This document shows, piece by piece, positions 56,439-64,000 of a stretch of 64,000 nt of DNA (the stretch's first letter is position 1; each line of letters begins with the position of its first letter). The position numbers were made by a program, and so were the translations under genes. Below the pieces are notes generated by a model that saw only the letters and a list, made by a program, of their open reading frames with translations, ran no database searches and was not told where the DNA came from. The DNA lies in contig CAZWKU010000001.1 in the NCBI GenBank assembly GCA_964634595.1, positions 3,688-67,687 of the forward strand. The letters run 5' to 3'. Source of the DNA: an uncultured Candidatus Saccharibacteria bacterium. GTDB lineage: Bacteria > Patescibacteriota > Minisyncoccia > Phycocordibacterales > Phycocordibacteraceae.

Positions 56439-57576
56439 GACCTCCTGCGATGAGACGGCAGTAGCAATAGTTGACGCTCAAAGAAACGAGGAGGATGCCG
56501 AGTTTCGAGTGCTCGGCAATGCCCTCTTTTCGCAAGTAGAACTCCACCAACCCTACGGCGGTGTCTACCCCACCCTCGCTAAACGCGAGCATATAAAAAA
56601 TCTGCCTATCATGCTCGAGCGGGCTCTTGCGCAAGCGAAGCTTGCAGTAGCTGACGTTGATGTAATTGCCGTAACAGCGGGCCCCGGTCTCGAACCCGCG
56701 CTGTGGACCGGCATTGAGTTTGCGAAGAAACTCGCCGCAGAACACGGGAAGCCACTCGTCGCTGTCAACCACATGGAGGGGCATGTGCTCGCGGCACTCG
56801 CAGAAAAGTCGGCAGTAAACAGTCGGCAGTCGACAGTTTTAGAAATTAAAGAGGTGCAGTTGCCGGTGCTCGCACTTTTGATTTCAGGCGGGCACACTGA
56901 ACTAGTGCTAATGAAAGAGTGGCTAAAGTACGAACTCATCGGCCAGACACTCGACGACGCCGTGGGCGAGGCGTTCGACAAAGTCGCGCGCATGCTCGGC
57001 CTCCCCTACCCCGGTGGCCCTGAAATCTCAAAGCTAGCCGAAGAGAGGCGCCGAGATCATGCTGACCGCAGTCGAGTGGGGACCGTGTCCGAGCGAGACG
57101 AGGACCAGCATGTCGAGACGCCTCTAAAGCTCCCGCGCCCAATGATCAACGACGGCACCTGCAACTTTTCATTTGCAGGACTCAAAACTGCCGTCTTATA
57201 TCTTCTAAAAGACAATGTACTTATAAATGGCCGACCGGCTGAAGATAAGTACACTAGCAAGGAGATGAAAAGTAAAATCGCGCATGAGTTTGAAAATGCA
57301 GTTACAGATGTGCTGTGGAAGAAAACGGCAAAAGCACTCGAGCAAACAGGCGCCCAAACACTCGTGATCGGCGGCGGCGTCTCAGCCAACACACACATCC
57401 GCCGCGTTTTTACTGAAAATATTGCCGAATACTCCGATGTTACGCTCCGCATCCCCACCGCCGCCCTCACCACCGACAACGCCATCATGATAGCCCTCGC
57501 CGGCTACTACCGCGCCCTGCGCGGTGAATTCGCTACTGATATCAAAGCCGACGGTAATTTGTCTCTTGCGCAATAG
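56419..57576 (+). CDS. tsaD: tRNA N6-adenosine threonylcarbamoyltransferase
   Basis: MRILAIETSCDETAVAIVD, then GGVYPTLAKREH, SGGHTEL and VIGGGVSAN. Confidence 0.9.
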   Translation: MRILAIETSCDETAVAIVDAQRNEEDAEFRVLGNALFSQVELHQPYGGVYPTLAKREHIKNLPIMLERALAQAKLAVADVDVIAVTAGPGLEPALWTGIEFAKKLAAEHGKPLVAVNHMEGHVLAALAEKSAVNSRQSTVLEIKEVQLPVLALLISGGHTELVLMKEWLKYELIGQTLDDAVGEAFDKVARMLGLPYPGGPEISKLAEERRRDHADRSRVGTVSERDEDQHVETPLKLPRPMINDGTCNFSFAGLKTAVLYLLKDNVLINGRPAEDKYTSKEMKSKIAHEFENAVTDVLWKKTAKALEQTGAQTLVIGGGVSANTHIRRVFTENIAEYSDVTLRIPTAALTTDNAIMIALAGYYRALRGEFATDIKADGNLSLAQ

Positions 57577-57625
57577 AAAAATGCCGTCCACCTCGATGTG
57601 GACGGCATTCCCTCACAACTTTCAG

Positions 57626-57886
57626 CTAATCTGGTTGATCGTAGAGTTCACCGCAGAGAATATCAGCCAATCGATACCCCCTTCCCATGCTCGGGGTTGT
57701 ATAGAATGCCACTCTGGGAACGCCGTCTCGGATTTCATAACCGATTACCTGCACCCGGCTGTGACGGATCTCGGGCGGCGCTTCTGCCTTAACATCGGCA
57801 ACTGTTCTGGGAGCGAGAATTCGCGCCCAATTTGTACGCCGCGCACTGTCGTCCAACCAGACAATAACAGAATTGCTCATTGTCAT
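57626..57886 (-). CDS. hypothetical small protein
   Basis: 86 aa with a GGGAG RBS. Opposite in orientation to the flanking housekeeping genes. Confidence 0.4.
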   Translation of the reverse strand: MTMSNSVIVWLDDSARRTNWARILAPRTVADVKAEAPPEIRHSRVQVIGYEIRDGVPRVAFYTTPSMGRGYRLADILCGELYDQPD

Positions 57887-57941
57887 TAACTCCCGTTTTT
57901 TCTAAATATATTATATACCTAAATAGGCTCATCTGTCAAGC

Positions 57942-58697
57942 TCACGTGCCCCTCCATTTTTCTGCTTCACGAGAAAAAGTCGCCGCTGGAAAGCTGGTAT
58001 TAGCCTGCGACTCGAGTGGTTGCTCGGGGAGAACGACTCTGAGACGACGACGCTCGGTATCAAGAAAGACTTCGTCAATAGGATTAGTACTTGCGTTTGG
58101 ACCAATGATAACTTCAGCATCAAGACCCGTACTCTCTTTAATAATGTGCTCGAGTTGCGGGATAGTACGGAGATATTGTTCTCGATTTTCAGACGCTCTG
58201 CCAATATCACGCTGTGTATACATACCACCAAAGATAACAACATCGAGAGTGCCTGATTTCGATCTTTGTGCGATTTCGACAAGAGACGCTCTTAAGGCTT
58301 TTTCGAACTCGCTCTGTCGATCATAGTCATGATAGCCCTGCAAAACTTTGCCCGGGTTTTGGTGTGAAAGTAGAGAGATGTTTTTACCTATTGTCTCATC
58401 GAAACCAACAGCAACTACACCGGTACAATTGAAATAATCTTTCGACCACTTATTTTCACTATCAATACGAGAAATTACAAAAGCTCCGTCCTCACCTTTT
58501 TGCTCGTTTCTAGAAGCATATGCCGCCCGCCGAAAATCAACATTTTGAGAATTGCGCCGAGACTCAGTGCGAGTATCCTCAGCCTGCTCCTCGAGAGAGC
58601 TCTCTCCGATTGAAGCAACGATTTTCCCAAGCACCAACTCTTCGTTTTGACCTTCTTTCTCGTGCGATGTCTCTGACTTCGGTATTTTCTCACCCAT
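57942..58697 (-). CDS. hypothetical protein
   Basis: 251 aa with an acidic low-complexity N-terminus and no recognisable motif. Confidence 0.4.
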   Translation of the reverse strand: MGEKIPKSETSHEKEGQNEELVLGKIVASIGESSLEEQAEDTRTESRRNSQNVDFRRAAYASRNEQKGEDGAFVISRIDSENKWSKDYFNCTGVVAVGFDETIGKNISLLSHQNPGKVLQGYHDYDRQSEFEKALRASLVEIAQRSKSGTLDVVIFGGMYTQRDIGRASENREQYLRTIPQLEHIIKESTGLDAEVIIGPNASTNPIDEVFLDTERRRLRVVLPEQPLESQANTSFPAATFSREAEKWRGT

Positions 58698-58732
58698 GAG
58701 GATAATTATATACTACTCTGGTTCGGTCTCAT

Positions 58733-58774
58733 AGAAAAGAAAGACCCGTCCGCCGCATGTAAGCGACGAACGGG
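58733..58774 (-). terminator. rho-independent terminator (minus strand)
   Basis: Minus-strand sequence CCCGTTCGTCGC-ttacat-GCGGCGGACGGG, followed by TCTTTCTTTTCT. Confidence 0.55.
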
Positions 58775-58783
58775 TGTACTGAC

Positions 58784-58939
58784 TTACATTTTCGGCTTCT
58801 TTTCAGCTCGTGCCTTGCGAGACCGATATAGGGAATAAACTGCTCGCGCCTCAGAAACAGTGAACCAAATAGCCCCAACAGCAATCGCCGCAATCATCAC
58901 CAAAAAACCAGGATTGAACCCCCACAATGAGTCAGGCAT
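58784..58939 (-). CDS. small single-TM protein (51 aa, below the ORF-track cutoff)
   Basis: AGGAGGT RBS 5 nt before the ATG. MPDSLWGFNPGFLVMIAAIAVGAIWFTVSEARAVYSLYRSRKARAEKKPKM, followed by a terminator. Confidence 0.45.
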   Translation of the reverse strand: MPDSLWGFNPGFLVMIAAIAVGAIWFTVSEARAVYSLYRSRKARAEKKPKM

Positions 58940-58953
58940 GATACCTCCTACGA

Positions 58954-59466
58954 TTAGAACGCTCCGTCGTCATCGATGTCGAGCCAGATACCTATCAAGC
59001 TCGGCACTGACCAGAAAAAAACAGTGGTCTCCTTGATACACAGAACCGGGACACAGGTGTGGATCCGGTCAGGATCTTCTGGATAGGTGCCCTGAGCTAC
59101 CGATCGCCACAAGAACAGGCACCTTTCCCCGAAGAGAGCCTTGAAGAAGGCTGGGCCTTTCTTTTGTATCTTGCGACCTTCGACCAGGCCGAGACACTCG
59201 GCGAAGCCGCTCGACCCTCTTTGTGCCTTCAGCCCACCATAGGACTTTCTATTGTGGCTGTAATGGTCGAGTGCGCTATGGGGCAGTTCGTGCCATTTTT
59301 CGTGCGAGAGATCGTATTTTGATTCTCCGGCTCCATGAAGATGGGGATATTCAAACCTTGCATCGATAAGCCACTTGGGAAACTGAGATGCATCGTGTGC
59401 ATCAACGGGTAGAGACCGATTGATGCGAATGATTGTATTTGCATAACGCTTTTTGAGAACTAGCAT
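58954..59466 (-). CDS. hypothetical protein (His-rich motifs)
   Basis: 170 aa with HLHGAG...HELPHSALDHYSH. No confident family assignment. Confidence 0.4.
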   Translation of the reverse strand: MLVLKKRYANTIIRINRSLPVDAHDASQFPKWLIDARFEYPHLHGAGESKYDLSHEKWHELPHSALDHYSHNRKSYGGLKAQRGSSGFAECLGLVEGRKIQKKGPAFFKALFGERCLFLWRSVAQGTYPEDPDRIHTCVPVLCIKETTVFFWSVPSLIGIWLDIDDDGAF

Positions 59467-59609
59467 AGTGCACCTCCATGCATTAAGAGCCCCGACTCAA
59501 GGGCTCACAAAAAGGACTCTTGACTAAATAAGAGTGTACCATGTCTAAACCTGTCAGTCAAGATTTTCAGTGGGGCGTCATTTGGACAGATATTTGGTAT
59601 ATTTTGTGG

Positions 59610-61793
59610 ATGCCAGAGAAGTTCCTGAAGCCTTATAATCCCGAGGTAACCGAGGGAGGGATATATAAACAGTGGGAGGAGAGCGGTTTTTTTAACCCTG
59701 ATGCCTTACCTGGCGAGCGAAGCGAGCCGTTTACAATAATCTTGCCGCCCCCAAATGTTACGGGGCGCCTCCACATGGGCCATGCCTTGATGCTCGCGCT
59801 CCAAGATATATTTATTCGCTACAAGCGCATGCGAGGCTACAAAACCCTCTGGCTCCCCGGCACTGACCATGCCGCTATCGCGACACAGTCAGTGGTCGAG
59901 AAGCAAATAAAGAAAGAAGAGGACAAAAGCCGCCACGATCTGGGACGCGAAGAAATGCTGAAGCGTATTGAGAAGTTTGCGAGCGAGAGCCACGACACTA
60001 TTGTAAGCCAGGTAAAAGCCATGGGTGCCTCGCTCGACTGGAGCCGCGAGGCATTTACGCTCGACAAACAACGCTCGAGTGCGGTGCGCAAAGTATTTAA
60101 AGACATGTACGATGCGGGGCTTATTTATAGGGGCAATCGTATTGTGAATTGGGACCCTAAGGGCCAGACCACCATCTCTGACGACGAGATTGTATACGAG
60201 GAGCGCGCGAGCAAGCTCTACACTTTTCGCTACTCAAAAAGCTTCCCTATCCCTGTAGCCACCACCCGCCCCGAGACCAAGGTGGGCGATGTCGCCGTTG
60301 CAGTTAACCCTGAAGACGTGCGATACAAGCAATATATTGGACAGGAGTTTGAGCTCACCTTTTGTGATGCACCCCTAAAAATAAAGGTGGTGGGTGATAC
60401 TGCCGCTGACCCCGCCGTTGGCACGGGTGCCGTTGGCGTCACCCCTGCGCACAGCCACACCGACTGGGAGATCGCCGAGCGTAACTCTCTGCCTAAAGAC
60501 AAGGTGGTCATCAACGAGTTCGCCAAGATGACAGTCGAGGGCCGCTTGAGTGGCAAAAAAACCAATGAGGCACGCGAAATAGTCGTGGAGTGGTTGAGAA
60601 GTGAAGGCTTATTAGAGAAAGAAGAGGGTATTACGCAAAATGTCGCGACTGCAGAACGCACGGGCGGCGTTATAGAGCCATTACCGAAACTGCAGTGGTG
60701 GGTGGCGGTCAATAAGCCGATAGAAAACCGTGGCGGCAAGACGCTCAAAGAGCTCATGCTCGAGCCTGTAAAAAACGGCGAGATCAAAATTATCCCCGAC
60801 TATTTTGATAAAACCTACTACCACTGGATAGAAAACCTGCGTGATTGGTGCATCAGCCGCCAAATCTGGTACGGCCACCGCATCCCCGTGTGGTACCGAA
60901 ACAGTAGGCAGTCGACGGTAGACAGTAGACTGGAAATGCAGGTTGGCGATCCGCCAGCTGACGGAGCCGAGACAGGGTGGGTACAAGACGAAGATACGCT
61001 CGATACGTGGTTCTCTTCAGGTCTTTGGACCTTCTCAACACTCGGGTGGCCCCACTTCGCGCAAAGCGCTACGCGGGGCAAGCCTGGATCAGAAAATGAC
61101 TTCGCCACTTACCACCCGACCGACGTACTCGAAACCGGCCACGACACTCTCTTTTTCTGGGTAGCGCGCATGATACTCATGACTGAATTCGCGCTTGGTA
61201 CGGTGCCATTTAAGACAGTCTACCTGCATGGCCTCGTGCGCGACGCAAAGGGCCAGAAAATGTCGAAGTCGCTCGGTAACGCGCTTGACCCCCTCGACAT
61301 GGTCGCCAAGTTTGGCGCCGATGCTTCGCGGATGGCGCTCGTCGTCGGAAACACCCCCGGTACTGACATGCGTATTAGCGAGGACAAGATAAAGGGCTAC
61401 AAGCACTTTGCGAACAAACTCTGGAACATTGGGCGCTTTGTTCTTGAGAACGCTGGCGACGCTACCGCGTCGCCTGCGGGGCCCGAGTGGGATGAATTTG
61501 AGGCGCTGGCGCTTGATGTGACTAAAGATATCGATGAGTATCGTGCCTATCTTGCCGCAGAGAAGATCTACCACTATGTGTGGCATCGTTTTGCTGACCA
61601 GATTATTGAAGAGTCGAAGCCCATACTGAAAGGGCCTGATGCAGGCGCACGTAAAGCGGTACTCTATGCACTACTCGAAGGTTCACTGAAACTCCTCCAC
61701 CCCTTTATGCCCTTTGTGACTGAAGAGATATGGAGCTCCCTCCCGAGCAAAAAAGGATTGCTGATAATTGAGGCCTGGCCAGTGGTAAAATAG
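59610..61793 (+). CDS. valS: valyl-tRNA synthetase (compact form)
   Basis: PPPNVTGRLHMGHA (HIGH region), KMSKS present, editing-domain-like middle. Start trimmed to the ATG at 59610. Confidence 0.85.
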   Translation: MPEKFLKPYNPEVTEGGIYKQWEESGFFNPDALPGERSEPFTIILPPPNVTGRLHMGHALMLALQDIFIRYKRMRGYKTLWLPGTDHAAIATQSVVEKQIKKEEDKSRHDLGREEMLKRIEKFASESHDTIVSQVKAMGASLDWSREAFTLDKQRSSAVRKVFKDMYDAGLIYRGNRIVNWDPKGQTTISDDEIVYEERASKLYTFRYSKSFPIPVATTRPETKVGDVAVAVNPEDVRYKQYIGQEFELTFCDAPLKIKVVGDTAADPAVGTGAVGVTPAHSHTDWEIAERNSLPKDKVVINEFAKMTVEGRLSGKKTNEAREIVVEWLRSEGLLEKEEGITQNVATAERTGGVIEPLPKLQWWVAVNKPIENRGGKTLKELMLEPVKNGEIKIIPDYFDKTYYHWIENLRDWCISRQIWYGHRIPVWYRNSRQSTVDSRLEMQVGDPPADGAETGWVQDEDTLDTWFSSGLWTFSTLGWPHFAQSATRGKPGSENDFATYHPTDVLETGHDTLFFWVARMILMTEFALGTVPFKTVYLHGLVRDAKGQKMSKSLGNALDPLDMVAKFGADASRMALVVGNTPGTDMRISEDKIKGYKHFANKLWNIGRFVLENAGDATASPAGPEWDEFEALALDVTKDIDEYRAYLAAEKIYHYVWHRFADQIIEESKPILKGPDAGARKAVLYALLEGSLKLLHPFMPFVTEEIWSSLPSKKGLLIIEAWPVVK

Positions 61794-61797
61794 ACAA

Positions 61798-62550
61798 GTG
61801 AATATCACGACTCTCCTGTATGCCTTTTTTGGCGGGCTACTGCCTGCGATCATTTGGCTCTATTTCTTGCTTAAAGAGGACAGTCGTTGCCCCGAGCCGC
61901 GCGTAATGATTTGGCTCTCGGTAATTCTTGGCATGGCGCTTGTCCCCATCGCGCTCTATGCGCAAATATGGAGCTGTCAGGAGCTTGCAAACACCTTTGG
62001 CGTCTGCGGCAATCTCCGGCACGCCACCCTTGAGACACTCGGTATAAAGGTCATCTTCGCATGGGCCGCTATAGAAGAAACGCTGAAGTACCTTGCAGCG
62101 GCGATTTTTATCCTCCCCCGCCGCGCCGTAGACGAGAGCCCAGACTATGTTATCTATATGATCACTATTGCCCTTGGTTTTGCAGCCTTCGAAAACGCGC
62201 TGTACCTTTATGACCCCCTGGTCCGGGGCGATATCACCCAGAGTATCGTAGGCAATAATCTGCGATTCCTCGGAGCAAATCTTTTGCACGTGATCTCCTC
62301 AGCGTGCATTGGTTTTGCCCTTGCATTTTCTTATCGCAAACGCCCTGCACTTCGCGCGCTGTATGCCGCAGGTGGAGTTATCCTCGCTATCGGATTGCAT
62401 ACTGCATTCAATGCGCTTATCATGTTACGAAGCGGTCAGGAGACACTGTTCGCCTTTCTCCTCGTGTGGAGCACCGCCGTCGTGTTTTTCGCATTATTCG
62501 AGATCTTAAAATACTGGAGGTATAGACGCCTTGCCAATAATACTTGCTAA
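61798..62550 (+). CDS. prsW: PrsW-family intramembrane metalloprotease
   Basis: EExxK (AIEETLKY), FxxxE (FAAFEN) and HxxxN (LHTAFN) motifs across TM helices. Confidence 0.7.
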   Translation: MNITTLLYAFFGGLLPAIIWLYFLLKEDSRCPEPRVMIWLSVILGMALVPIALYAQIWSCQELANTFGVCGNLRHATLETLGIKVIFAWAAIEETLKYLAAAIFILPRRAVDESPDYVIYMITIALGFAAFENALYLYDPLVRGDITQSIVGNNLRFLGANLLHVISSACIGFALAFSYRKRPALRALYAAGGVILAIGLHTAFNALIMLRSGQETLFAFLLVWSTAVVFFALFEILKYWRYRRLANNTC

Positions 62551-62555
62551 CTACC

Positions 62556-63044
62556 ATGAAGCGCTCTTTTTTTGATAGACTTTCGGGCACTGTGGCTGTC
62601 GGCGACACGTTCGACGAGTTTGATGAAGCACCCAAGCAGGCCGCCCCAGCGATGCGCGAGCAAAGCAATTCTCGCCCTACAGTGAGACGTCTTGACCCAG
62701 CCCCTCTTTCAAACGAGGGGCAGCTACCTGTTGACGTACATCAGACCTCGTCTGATATCGTGATTCGCGCCTTTGTTGCAGGTGTGCGCCCTGACGAGCT
62801 ATCTATTTCAATAAGCCGCGACATGATAGAGATCGAGGGTTCGCGCATGGAGCGCGAGCAAATCTCTGAAGCTGACCATTTTATCCGGGAGCTCTTTTGG
62901 GGCTCTTTTTCTCGTAAAATACTCCTGCCGCAAGAGGTAGATGTCGATAGCTCGGTAGCGAGCGCTAAAGACGGTCTCCTCACTATTATTTTGCCTAAGC
63001 TCGATAAAGCCCGCCAAACAAAACTCCGCGTTAAAGTCGGATAG
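62556..63044 (+). CDS. small heat-shock protein (Hsp20/alpha-crystallin family)
   Basis: Alpha-crystallin domain pattern (VDVHQTS...IVIRAFVAGV...ELFWGSFSRKILLP...AKDGLLTIILPK). Confidence 0.75.
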   Translation: MKRSFFDRLSGTVAVGDTFDEFDEAPKQAAPAMREQSNSRPTVRRLDPAPLSNEGQLPVDVHQTSSDIVIRAFVAGVRPDELSISISRDMIEIEGSRMEREQISEADHFIRELFWGSFSRKILLPQEVDVDSSVASAKDGLLTIILPKLDKARQTKLRVKVG

Positions 63045-64000
63045 TCTCAAGCTCTCTGTTTTCACCAAACGCAAGTTCGAAGCGCAGGCGCCCCACCAAT
63101 CGCCCATCTACCGTCTTGATGCTTACGCGCCACGAGCCCTCCTCAAGGGCACGCAGGGTTGAGTAGCCCCGATATCCGCCCTCCCTACCACCCGCTATTG
63201 GGTAGGAAACGCGCAGTTTTGTCTGCCAAGAACGCTTCTCACTATCGTAGCGTTGCCACTCGTGCACAATGTCAGTTGATAGCTCTACGGGCGCAAAAAC
63301 CGCCGCAAAGGCAACGAGAGACCCGTGGCGAGGAGCGTGGAGCGTCGGCGGGATACCGAGCGATGTGCGCCAGGTAGGAGCCTCTCGGGTTGCTTGGTAC
63401 CCGCCTGGCACCCTCATGAGACTATGGTACATACCGCCCTCGGCAAGAGCGAGCGGTAGTGGTGGCAAAATATCCATGAAATAGAATGCGTTCATGAGGA
63501 GCAAGATCACCACGGCTGAAAGTCGTATCTGCCATACACTCTTCAAGAAGCGAAATCGACCTGAGCGCTTCAAGAGCCAGACAAAGCATGCAAATACGGC
63601 AAGTGCTACCCCACCACTTAACAAGAATGTCTTTTGCCCAATGGAGTGCGTCAGCAAGGGTACGGCGAAAATGGCGTACGAATACAGTGCAAAAAAATAG
63701 AGCGAAGCATTGAAAACAAGGCGAGCGTGATACCGCCTAAAGAGCTCGTTGCCAAGAAACATGGCCCCCAAAATGAGGAGAAAAGCCCAAGAGCTTGCAA
63801 GTGTTGCGCTCCGTGAGTAAAAGATCAAGAAACCGCTCCAGAGCCCACCAAGTGCAAACTGAATGAGAATGGGGAGTACAGAGTGCCATTTGGGGCGCAG
63901 TGAGCCCTCAGCCGAGTACTCTTCAAGGTAGTGCCATCCGAGAATTGCACCGGCGGCAATGGCAAGGTACGCGATAAAAACGATATGCGTCTCTGCCGCG
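63031..64000 (-). CDS. polytopic membrane protein, hypothetical (5' end beyond the window)
   Basis: The frame stays open upstream of the listed TTG start at 63828, through to position 64000. Multiple TM helices. Confidence 0.5.
   Translation of the reverse strand, partial: AAETHIVFIAYLAIAAGAILGWHYLEEYSAEGSLRPKWHSVLPILIQFALGGLWSGFLIFYSRSATLASSWAFLLILGAMFLGNELFRRYHARLVFNASLYFFALYSYAIFAVPLLTHSIGQKTFLLSGGVALAVFACFVWLLKRSGRFRFLKSVWQIRLSAVVILLLMNAFYFMDILPPLPLALAEGGMYHSLMRVPGGYQATREAPTWRTSLGIPPTLHAPRHGSLVAFAAVFAPVELSTDIVHEWQRYDSEKRSWQTKLRVSYPIAGGREGGYRGYSTLRALEEGSWRVSIKTVDGRLVGRLRFELAFGENRELETIRL

Noticed and set aside
56808-60930. Near-identical 17-mer (cagtcggcagtcgacag vs cagtaggcagtcgacgg) encoding NSRQSTV in both tsaD (56808-56840) and valS (60899-60930). 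I considered a miniature insertion element in coding sequence.
   Set aside because: Two mismatches in 17 nt and a 7-aa peptide match are within chance expectation for a 64-kb GC-rich window. There are no flanking repeats or target duplications.
1-64000. CRISPR arrays and rRNA genes.
   Set aside because: No short regularly spaced direct repeats and no rRNA-like conserved stretches were seen. The only repeats are the inverted-repeat arms, the tRNA-Cys 3' duplication and the duplicated gene leaders.

Overview
This 64 kb window is bacterial and gene-dense. Coding density is about 90%, genes are short and tightly packed or overlapping, and there are 10 tRNA genes and no rRNA. The gene content suggests a small-genome lineage, possibly Patescibacteria/CPR-like. 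This is an inference from content, not a database result. Most of the window is housekeeping. The housekeeping genes are dnaX (5' fragment), a dus-family gene, an ftsQ-like gene, serS, dprA, topA, a rel/spoT homolog, parB, pyrF, a pyrE-like PRTase, a peroxiredoxin, miaA, rpmG, clpB, a cysteine desulfurase, infB (short form), rbfA, gyrA, rpsA, pth, lepB, rpsU, ybeY, ftsA, ftsZ, trxB, a pterin dehydratase, rlmB, an RlmI-like MTase, a DHH phosphoesterase, tsaD, valS, prsW and an hsp20. Between these sit several accessory or unusual regions. (1) A 2 kb cassette at 11391-13560 is bracketed by long imperfect inverted repeats and abuts tRNA-Leu(CAA). It carries a large serine recombinase with its catalytic domain cleanly removed, plus a two-gene module made of a small protein and a retropepsin-like DTGA aspartic protease. 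(2) A diverged paralog of that two-gene module sits at the head of the pth operon (45361-46012). (3) A minus-strand operon (33561-37796) begins with a SAM methyltransferase and a membrane-anchored solute-binding-like protein, followed by six tandem paralogous small two-TM pilin-like proteins. A seventh family member elsewhere (16926-17951) is fused to a Cys-rich extracellular domain. (4) One tRNA has serine-type identity features (long variable arm, G73) but an apparent UCC anticodon. (5) tRNA-Cys has a duplicated 3' end (att-like scar), and a LAGLIDADG endonuclease fragment lies between two tRNAs. (6) Two orphan genes share a duplicated 5' leader. (7) A divergent HisRS-like protein is present. 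No CRISPR array was seen.
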